NCBI GenBank assembly: GCA_951812345.1
Contig: OX638295.1
Location: 2,414,965-2,478,964 of the forward strand
DNA length: 64,000 nucleotides
DNA from: Rhodothermales bacterium
GTDB taxonomy: Bacteria; Bacteroidota; Rhodothermia; Rhodothermales; VXPQ01
Reading direction: 5' to 3'
Both the position numbers and the translations under genes were made by a program. The notes beneath the pieces are model-generated. The model did no database searches. It was not told the DNA's origin and saw only the letters and a list, made by a program, of their open reading frames with translations. Of the stretch, positions 56,065 to 63,131 are shown piece by piece (within the stretch, counting starts at the first letter, position 1; each line of letters starts with the position of its first letter).

Positions 56065-56271
56065 CCCTGGAAAGGCTATATTGGACGGACCATCGCCAGC
56101 GGAGCGCCTACCTAAAGGTCGGGTCGCCTGCTGAATACAAGAGCCATCGAAAAGTGCGGAGCTGATCACTTCGCGCTGGTGAATAGGCAGGACATCCAGC
56201 AGCTCTGGCTGGCGGTGGTACATGACTCGGCGCCCTCTTTGCGCCCATATCACCAAAACTTTCCCGGAGCT

Positions 56272-56685
56272 ATGCAGCGGCTTATACCTCTCTTTCTCGT
56301 CTTCCTCTTCGCTTGCGAAGGACCTGTCGGCCCCGAAGGTCCCGCGGGGGCCGCTGGCCCGGAGGGTCCCGCTGGCCCGGAGGGGGCCGCAGCCGAGGTA
56401 ATCATAAGAACGGCTTTCGGAGTCCTCGACGAAAGGGGCAGAGCCGCTAATAGCTTCAGTAACTTCTGGATAGACGAAGGTGTTCTGCAATGCTGGCAGC
56501 GGAGCAACTCCCAGGACGTATGGTATCTCATCACTTCCGATGCCATCCTTATCGATACGGATACGGGAGAAGAGATCTTTCTTGTGACCTCCTGCGTTGC
56601 GGAGGAGACGAGTAGCGGGATGGCTGTTGCCGTAAAGGGGTTTCCAGGTTGGGAATACCTCATCGTCGCCATAAGCGGGCGATGA
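56272..56685 (+). CDS. Lipoprotein with a short collagen-like Gly-X-Y tract
   Basis: MQRLIPLFLVFLFAC lipobox, then 8 triplets GPVGPEGPAGAAGPEGPAGPEGAA, then a ~95-aa unknown domain. Confidence 0.55.
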   Translation: MQRLIPLFLVFLFACEGPVGPEGPAGAAGPEGPAGPEGAAAEVIIRTAFGVLDERGRAANSFSNFWIDEGVLQCWQRSNSQDVWYLITSDAILIDTDTGEEIFLVTSCVAEETSSGMAVAVKGFPGWEYLIVAISGR

Positions 56686-58670
56686 CGATGGCCGTGATGC
56701 GTGTGCCGGCGCCTTCGCTCTCCGGTATACGGGCGCTGCGTTTCGCTGGCTTCCTCGAGGCCGACGGACAGACACTGCAGTTCAACCCGCTCGATATGGG
56801 ATACATGGGCGGTGCGGACCTCGACATCGACAGCGCCTATGTCATGCAGGAGATGCCGGACGACTATATGCTCGCGCTTGAAAAATATCGCTACGAGTGG
56901 CACGAGAACGAGGACAGCTCAAAGGGTTTCCGCGAGGTGAAGGAAGACAAGCGCTTCATAAAAGACGAGGCCGTCGAGAATACGACTATAAGCTCTGTCT
57001 ACGACACGAACGAGCTCCTGAAGACGGGCATTAATGCGTACCGGGGCAAGACACTCCTCTCCGCCGGCATCTCATACGGCAACAGGTTCGTGCCCTGGTA
57101 CACCAACGTGGTTTCGAAGCTCGAGACGTTCGGCGACGCGACGCCGGAAAGAAAGCCGGGTCGCGAGGCGACGTGGATCAACGAGGCCGAGGGCATCTAC
57201 TGGACGGCGAAGGTGCGCAAGGATGCGATGAGCCGCAAGGACGGGCTGCCCTACCTTGTGCGTGAGCTTGTCAACTACGCTGCCGACAGCGCGGACTACG
57301 GCCGCCTGATCGACGTGCAAGCTTTTCGCCGCCTCATTATGGAGCGTTTCTTCGAGGATGTCACCGTATGGAGAGGCAAGAGAAATATTACCTCGGAAAC
57401 CGACATGTAGGGGTTCAACTATCCTTTCGGCGATCCGAAGTTCGAAGCGCTGCGCGACGTTATCAGCGCCACGAAGGACCGTGTGCCGGTTACGAAGGAG
57501 ACCGTCGTAAGAGGCCGCAGACACGTCGAGCGCGAGTACAAGAACGACATGACGCTCAAGAATACGGCCGCATGGATAATGCGAAAACTGCGGTCCGTCA
57601 GCGAACTGCGGCATCCCGGCCTCGAGCTACTTCGTTACCTCGAGGAGCTCGACGTCGCCGTACAGGAGTTCAGGGAAGTCAAGTTCGAGGGGCTGCCTTT
57701 CACGTCCGGGGAGCTCGTCGACTATCTGCCCTTCCATGTGAAGATGGGCGAGATACATAACATGGACATGCACGATCGCGAGGTAGGCACGGGTACGGCC
57801 GCTGCTGCCGGTCATCGCAATCATCCCGTCTTTACGAAAGACCCGACAAACCAGGATGACTTCAACGCTCGCGTGGCTCGCTTCAGGGTGAATACGTCGA
57901 CGTACAAGATACGCGATCGTACGGGCGATGCACGCCTGCTCGAAAGAGCGAAGATGAAGAAGATAGACTTCTGGCGACGCGAGTATGCGAACGATCCGGA
58001 GTATTTTCGCAACCTCGAGGAGGACCACCGTATAGGTCGCTGGTGACAGGACGCGGCGGACCGCGCCAGCCAGTACATTGCAGTCGTCGAGGCCATACGC
58101 GCGGAGGATGGCGCCGCCGACACCGACTATGTACGTTGGCATGAGCGTAATCTTGGCGAGGTGCCGGACCGCCCGCTCACCGTCGACGAGCGCCGGCAGG
58201 CTCTCTATGCGGAGATCAACCGGCAGGCCGAGGAGCTGCGTGTACTCGACACGATACGCGACCGTATCCTTGCGCTCGATCCGGATACGCATGACAAGGT
58301 GGAAAAGCTGCGGCGCGAGAAGGAAGCTTATGAAGAGGGTAAGCCGAAAAGCGCGAAGAGGGCCGGCCTTGTCGCCGAGAAGATAGAAGCGCTCATAGGC
58401 GACGCGAGGCCTGACAACGAGCAGATACGATTTCGAATCCGGAAGTCCGACGAGATATTCGACAGCGAGGTCAGCCGCAAGTGGCGTCTGCGCGCCGCCG
58501 AACTGAAGGAAGCGAACGCATCGTTCGGCGACTACTTGCGCGGCTTCGAGCGTTTCGAGGAAGAAACGATGCAGGCTTTTGAGGAGCCTCTCCTTGCGGA
58601 CTACCGGCAGGCCTACTATCTCGATTCGCTTTATCCGCAGTCGATCAGCCCGCAGGAGTTTACGCGAAGC
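56682..58670 (+). pseudogene. Large unknown ORF, ATGA-coupled to the lipoprotein gene, with in-frame TAG (57408) and TGA (58044), 3'-truncated at the IS remnant
   Basis: ORF-track entries 56649..57410, 57483..58046 and 58161..58796 share one frame; manual reading shows the frame is open across both gaps apart from the two stop codons. Confidence 0.6.
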
Positions 58671-59222
58671 ACGTGGGCCAGAATACGACCGGTCCTTCGA
58701 TCGCGGATACCGACGACAGGGACCTTCTTCGTACAGCCCTGTCTCTTTCTGTATTTCTTGTTGTCGTGCTTGTTCTTCTCAGTACCTCCGATATAGGTCT
58801 CGTCGACCTCCACGGGCCCGGTGAACACGATTGCATCGCTGCCGAAGAACTCGCGGATCCGATGAAGCAGGAACCAGGCGGTCTTCTGCGTCATGCCGAG
58901 CTCGCGCGCTATGCGCAGGCTCGAGACGCCCTTCGGGTTCGTCGCGACCATGTACACGGTTACGACCCATTTTCTGAGCGACACCTTGCTCGATTGCATC
59001 ACTGTGCCTTTGCGTACGGAGAAGTACGATCGGCAGCTTTGGCAGCGATACGGCATCGAGCCGTGACGGGGCGTTTCCTAATAGTGCTGCGACTTGCATG
59101 AAGGACACACCGGGGCCATCCGGCCAGCGTATATCCTCGAGCCATTGCCGGGCGGCTTCCTCGTTCGGAAACTTCTCCATTATGTCGAAGAGCGTCAGCT
59201 CTTTACTCTCGTGCTTTTGCAT
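58631..59222 (-). pseudogene. IS1595-family (ISXO2-like) transposase, frameshifted and C-terminally truncated
   Basis: MQKHESKELTLFDIMEKFPNEEAARQWLEDIRWPDG (frame 1), then YRCQSCRSYFSVRKGTVMQSSKVSLRKWVVTVYM...VEVDETYIGGTEKNKH (frame 2); the DDE C-terminal half is missing. Confidence 0.75.
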
Positions 59223-59320
59223 TTTTCCCTCCGGAACAAGTGATTTTTCCCTCTGAGCCCATAGAGGGAATTACAGAGTCCGGAGAAAAAAATAAAGATG
59301 TGCATTCGCACACTGTACAA

Positions 59321-59361
59321 GATACATAGACCCGTAAGGCAACTTTGGTATATAAATCCCC
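59321..59361 (-). repeat. Right inverted repeat (41 nt)
   Basis: GATACATAGACCCGTAAGGCAACTTTGGTATATAAATCCCC. Confidence 0.9.
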
Positions 59362-59459
59362 AAAAATCGCCAATAAATGCCCATTTTAGGCTAAAAAAAG
59401 CACAAAATGAATGAAAAATGACCAAAAATTGGGAAAAATAACCCAAAAATAACAAAAAA
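59362..59459 (+). other. Phased A-tract array (predicted strongly bent DNA)
   Basis: A4-A7 runs starting at 59362, 59393, 59404, 59414, 59424, 59434, 59445, 59454 (spacing 9-11 bp in the last seven); ends in AAAACGCCGG like the array at 55190..55279. Confidence 0.6.
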
Positions 59460-59488
59460 CGCCGGCTGTAATAACAACCGGCGTTTTT
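59458..59488. terminator. Bidirectional intrinsic-terminator-like hairpin
   Basis: AACGCCGG-12 nt loop-CCGGCGTT, A-run before and T-run after, so a U-tract follows the stem on either strand. Confidence 0.55.
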
Positions 59489-59998
59489 CCTGCCTGGATG
59501 TGGGGTAAACCCCACAAATATACATGTTCACTGGTATTCCTATCCGCGACCGGCCTCCCGCATTTCCGACGCATCGCCGAAGCGACATTCCGAAAACGGT
59601 ATTCGGGAGGCCTGACTCCCGCGTCGCCGCTCACCGACCGAAGTCCGTGCCGACGCCGACGTGGTGACGCATGCCCTGCTATCGGTTTCCCGATTGCTGG
59701 ACAGCTGAACCGCATGGGCAGACGGTTCAAGCGCCACAGACCTTCTGGTTACCCACGCTTCCTGTATCCATACACCCTCCACAGCCAACTCCCCCCGGCC
59801 TCCTTCGCCACGCTTACAGACTCCACGTCGGCATTTCTGCCGCCGCTTCACCGTGTGCTTGCGCTCCGGAAAGCCGGCTTTGTCAACCGCTTCATCAAGC
59901 CTATGCATACCCCGCACCGAAGTGAGGGGGACGGACGCACGGGCGCCTCATGCAGCCAGAGTACTCAGTCGCTTCAAGGAACGGTGCCCGAAAGCACT
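59489..59998 (-). ncRNA. Candidate ~0.5-kb structured RNA of unknown family
   Basis: Bounded by promoter 60005..60033 and terminator 59458..59488. Minus-strand hairpins capped by UUCG (plus coords 59984..59998, 59910..59930, 59632..59649, 59573..59586) and GAAA (59681..59694). Further helices at 59500..59515, 59707..59728 and 59552..59612. No protein-like ORF. Confidence 0.45.
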
Positions 59999-60004
59999 GA
60001 ATGC

Positions 60005-60033
60005 ATTATAAGCGCCCGTATCAGCCGCGTCAA
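60005..60033 (-). promoter_or_regulatory. Near-consensus sigma70-type promoter (minus strand)
   Basis: -35 TTGACG (60033..60028), 17-nt spacer, -10 TATAAT (60010..60005); A/T-rich block (GAAATAAATTTTGTT) just upstream of the -35. Confidence 0.55.
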
Positions 60034-60187
60034 GACCCTGAACAAAATTTATTTCACAAGTTGTTAACAAAGTGTACACCGTTTGAAAAAGGGGTGTGTA
60101 TAAAGCTGCCGAAAACAAGCATCTGTGGCGCCAGTGCGGTTTTCCCGTCATGTACGCCTCCACCTGTAGTCAGGGCCCAATTCTTCT

Positions 60188-60224
60188 GAAAACGAAAAGC
60201 CCGACCTGACGTGCAGGCCGGGCT
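60188..60224 (-). terminator. Intrinsic terminator (minus strand)
   Basis: Minus-strand RNA AGCCCGGCC-UGCACGUCA-GGUCGGGCU (9 bp including one G-U that would be an A-C mismatch on the plus strand), followed by UUUUCGUUUUC. Confidence 0.6.
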
Positions 60225-60386
60225 CCCGGTGCCCACTAAAACGCGACTGATACCCCGCCGGTCCCGTTAACAGGAGGAAATAACCGGACCGGATGAGGCC
60301 TCCAGCGCATGAGGTAAGGGTAAGATAACGGATTGCAATGAATAAAGCAAACAATAACGGATATTTTTTGAAATACTGGAAAGATA
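60225..60386 (-). ncRNA. Possible ~200-nt small RNA, or the 3' UTR of the rhomboid gene
   Basis: Putative promoter TTACAT-N16-TATATA (60420..60393) and terminator at 60188..60224; contains an 11/12-bp hairpin (60258..60292). Confidence 0.25.
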
Positions 60387-60416
60387 CCCCTCTATATAGT
60401 CTCAGAAATAACGGAT
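60325..60416 (+). repeat. Three direct copies of ATAACGGAT
   Basis: Copies at 60325..60333, 60354..60362 and 60408..60416 in an AT-rich stretch; the third lies in the spacer of the putative small-RNA promoter. Confidence 0.5.
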
Positions 60417-60527
60417 GTAATTCACAGTACCCAAGCCGTAAGGCACAACATGGAGTCGGGTATATTCAGGGAACGAGCCGGAGGACGACCGCAAACATGC
60501 AGCAGCACAGCGCACGTTTACGTTGCA

Positions 60528-60549
60528 TAAAGGATACTCTGATTACGTC
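60528..60549 (+). repeat. Copy of dispersed motif
   Basis: TAAAGGATACTCTGATTACGTC; shares 16 nt (ATACTCTGATTACGTC) with the copy at 19863..19882; 30 nt beyond the rhomboid stop. Confidence 0.5.
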
Positions 60550-60579
60550 CGCAAAGCTCAGAGGCTGAAAGGGGCAATA

Positions 60580-61212
60580 CTACCCCCCGATCATTCCCAA
60601 CTGCCGCAGAAATACTTCCACGGCCCGCGGCTCCAGCAAAATTGTGAGCATCAGCCCGCCTAAAGCGCCGCCGAGATGCGCCTCGTGCGCAATGCCGCCC
60701 CCTGCACTGCCATGCGAACGCCGCATCGCATACATCGAGACCACGACATACCCTACCGCAAAGAGCGCTGCGGGAATACCTATCGGTACAAAGAAAATGT
60801 GGATAGGCTGGAGCGGCGCAAACAGACAGTAGCCGAACAGCACGCCGCTGATTGCACCGGAAGCCCCTACCGCCGCATACGTGACGGAATGCCTGTGCAA
60901 CGCCAGCGAAAGTCCGTGCGCCGCCAGTTCGGACCCGAAGTACAGCACCAGAAAAGAACCCGGCCCCAGTGCATATTCCATCGGTGGGCCGAAGAAGTAC
61001 AGCGTAATCATATTGAACAGCAGATGCGCCCCGCTCACATGCACGAACCCTGCCGTGATCAGCCGAGCGTACTGCCGATGGCGCAGCACCAGATACGGTT
61101 TGAACGCCAGTCGATCTATGAACGAACGATCAAAGAATAACGCATAGCCGCTCGTCAACAGGATGACGACAAGCAGAAACAGCGTAATCGGCGAAGCGGA
61201 AAGAGCGGACAT
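60580..61212 (-). CDS. Rhomboid-family intramembrane serine protease
   Basis: Six TM helices; GASGAISGVLFG catalytic Ser motif and AHLGGALGG His motif. Confidence 0.85.
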   Translation of the reverse strand: MSALSASPITLFLLVVILLTSGYALFFDRSFIDRLAFKPYLVLRHRQYARLITAGFVHVSGAHLLFNMITLYFFGPPMEYALGPGSFLVLYFGSELAAHGLSLALHRHSVTYAAVGASGAISGVLFGYCLFAPLQPIHIFFVPIGIPAALFAVGYVVVSMYAMRRSHGSAGGGIAHEAHLGGALGGLMLTILLEPRAVEVFLRQLGMIGG

Positions 61213-61217
61213 GCGTG

Positions 61218-61925
61218 CTACGCCGGTACCGCCGCGATGTGGTCCATGATGGATTCGAACAGATACCTTCCGTCGGCGCTCCCAAGAACCCCTTCCGCAC
61301 AGCGGTCGGGATGCGGCATCATGCCCAGCACATTGCGCCCCTCGTTCACGATGCCCGCAATGTGGCGGGCCGACCCGTTCGGGTTCGCCTCCGGCGCAAG
61401 TTGCCCCGCTTCGTCACAATACCGGAACACGATCCGACCCTCGCCTTCAAGCCGGTCCAGCACTTCGTCCGAGGCGAAATAATTTCCCTCGCCATGCGAA
61501 ATCGGAATGCGAACAACCTGCCCCTGCTCCAAACGGGTCGTATACGGCGTACGGGCATTTTCGACCAGCAAGTGAACCTGCTTGCATACGAAACGAAGCG
61601 AAGCGTTTCGCATCAGAGCGCCCGGCAACAAGCCTATCTCGCAAAGCATCTGGAATCCGTTGCATATACCGAACACCAGCCCGCCGCCTGCGGCAAAGCG
61701 CACCACATCCTGCATAACTGGCGAAAATCGGGCAATGGCTCCGGAGCGCAGGTAATCTCCGTACGAAAAGCCGCCGGGCAAAATGACCACATCCACATCA
61801 CCTACACTGCTTTCCTTGTGCCAGATAAAGCGAACCTCTTGTCCAAACACATGCTTCGCGGCATGATAGGCATCATGATCGCAGTTGGACCCCGGAAAAA
61901 CGATAACGCCGAATCGAACGGCCAT
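61218..61925 (-). CDS. purQ: Phosphoribosylformylglycinamidine synthase, glutaminase subunit
   Basis: [23 protein letters not shown] (catalytic Cys), MMPHPDR. Confidence 0.9.
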   Translation of the reverse strand: MAVRFGVIVFPGSNCDHDAYHAAKHVFGQEVRFIWHKESSVGDVDVVILPGGFSYGDYLRSGAIARFSPVMQDVVRFAAGGGLVFGICNGFQMLCEIGLLPGALMRNASLRFVCKQVHLLVENARTPYTTRLEQGQVVRIPISHGEGNYFASDEVLDRLEGEGRIVFRYCDEAGQLAPEANPNGSARHIAGIVNEGRNVLGMMPHPDRCAEGVLGSADGRYLFESIMDHIAAVPA

Positions 61926-62137
61926 GGAATGTGCAGAAAAGGTTTTGTAAAGAATGACCCGCGAGCGTCACAGCAAGTCGCACCGGGGAACGAATATCCG
62001 GCAAGGCGTTCGAATATCTGCCGAATACAGGCGCAGGAAAACATCCGTGCCGAACGGGGACGCCGTGTAGGGCTACAATATACTAAAGGATACGCGCCGC
62101 ACGTAGCGCCTTCCACGCAAACCAGCAAGAACCGCTT

Positions 62138-63109
62138 ATGAATTATCGTCGTTTCGGACGCCTCGACTGGAAAGTCAGCGACATCGGATACGGGATGTGG
62201 GGCATGGGAGAATGGTCGGATTCCGATGATAATGAATCCATGAACTCCATGAACCGGGCCGTTGCATTGGGATGCACCTTCTTTGACACGGCGCTGGCCT
62301 ATGGAGAAGGTCACAGCGAAAAGTTACTGGCCAGGCTGGTAGCGGCACACCCGGATAAAACCTTGTACACCGCTTCCAAGGTGCCGCCGAAGAATCGCCA
62401 GTGGCCCAGTCGGCGGGGATACACACTGGACGAAGTGTTTCCGCCCGACTATGTGAAGGCGTCTATCGAGAAAAGCCTCGAAAATACGGGCCTTGCCCAT
62501 ATTGACCTCATGCAACTGCATGTATGGGAAGACGACTGGCTCGACGACGACCGGTGGATCGGCACGCTGGAGAATTTCCGGCGACAGGGCCTGATCCGGG
62601 GTATTGGTATCAGCCTGAACCGGTGGGAACCCTGGAACGGGGTGAAAGCTGTCCGGAGTGGCCTGGTAGATGCCGTGCAGGTCATCTACAACATCTTCGA
62701 TCAGGCGCCCGAAGACGAATTATTCGCGGCCTGTATGGAAATGGATGTCGCTGTTATTGCCCGGGTCCCGTTCGACGAGGGCGGATTGACGGGAAACCTC
62801 GCCAAAGACGCCACCTGGCCGGAAGGCGACTGGCGCAACATCTACTTCGGTCCGGAGAATCTCGCCCGGACCGTCGAGCGCGCCGACGCGTTGAAAAGAA
62901 TACTGCCCGAAGGCATGAATCTGCCGGAAATGGCATTGCGGTTCATCCTATCGCACGAGGCCGTATCGACCATTATCCCCGGCATGAGAAAACTCCGCCA
63001 CGTTGAGGCCAATATCGCCGCGAGCGACAAGGGTGCGCTGGACGCCGATCTCCTTGACGCACTCCAGTCGCACCGCTGGGACCGGGAGCCCACAGACTGG
63101 TCACATTAA
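62138..63109 (+). CDS. Aldo/keto reductase
   Basis: GYGMWGMG, FFDTALAYGEGHSE, IDLMQLH, IIPGMRKLRHVEANI. Confidence 0.85.
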   Translation: MNYRRFGRLDWKVSDIGYGMWGMGEWSDSDDNESMNSMNRAVALGCTFFDTALAYGEGHSEKLLARLVAAHPDKTLYTASKVPPKNRQWPSRRGYTLDEVFPPDYVKASIEKSLENTGLAHIDLMQLHVWEDDWLDDDRWIGTLENFRRQGLIRGIGISLNRWEPWNGVKAVRSGLVDAVQVIYNIFDQAPEDELFAACMEMDVAVIARVPFDEGGLTGNLAKDATWPEGDWRNIYFGPENLARTVERADALKRILPEGMNLPEMALRFILSHEAVSTIIPGMRKLRHVEANIAASDKGALDADLLDALQSHRWDREPTDWSH

Positions 63110-63131
63110 CGCCTGCCATGTACGCCGCAAC

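Larger units (their letters stand above)
56020..59361. mobile_element. IR-bounded 3.3-kb unit, probably a decayed IS1595-family element with passenger genes
   Basis: 41/41-nt matching terminal inverted repeats; transposase remnant begins ~100 bp inside the right IR; no target-site duplication seen. Confidence 0.5.

Noticed and set aside
56817-56831. ADLDID (DxDxD) motif as the catalytic loop of a two-barrel (crAss/YonO-like) RNA polymerase
   Set aside because: After finding the ATG at 56682, the motif lies only ~46 residues from the N-terminus, leaving no room for a double-psi beta-barrel. A 6-aa acidic motif alone is not evidence.
57408-58046. In-frame TAG and TGA as evidence of an alternative genetic code or programmed read-through
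   Set aside because: Neighbouring genes use TGA (hsdM, lipoprotein) and TAG (amidohydrolase) as ordinary stops. Two different stop codons would both need recoding. No suppressor tRNA or SECIS-like element was seen. Pseudogene or sequencing error is simpler.
56020-59361. Phase-variable invertible segment (inverton/shufflon)
   Set aside because: The inward-facing genes at both IRs fit such a model. But no invertase or recombinase gene is present in the window, and one of the two genes is a dead transposase. Kept only as a remark inside the IR finding.
56012-59369. 8-bp target-site duplication flanking the inverted repeats
   Set aside because: The flanks GGAATTAT and AAAAATCG do not match.
59540-59917. 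125-aa minus-strand ORF (also 59386..59730 and plus-strand 59498..60067) as the product of the strong promoter
   Set aside because: The sequence is basic, Arg/Ser/Gly-rich, has no hydrophobic core pattern and no recognisable motif. The region is better explained by stacked tetraloop hairpins. Coding cannot be excluded without a search, and GC3 sampling did not discriminate.
60210-60450. Plus-strand resemblance to RNase P RNA (GGCCGGGCTCC, ACCCCGCC, GAGGTAAGGGTAAG, ACAGTACCCAAGCC in RNase P-like order)
   Set aside because: The GAGGAAAGUCCGGGC box is not present. The putative P4 strands are not complementary. The GGUAACGCC and GGUAAGAGC elements are missing. The local terminator favours the opposite strand.
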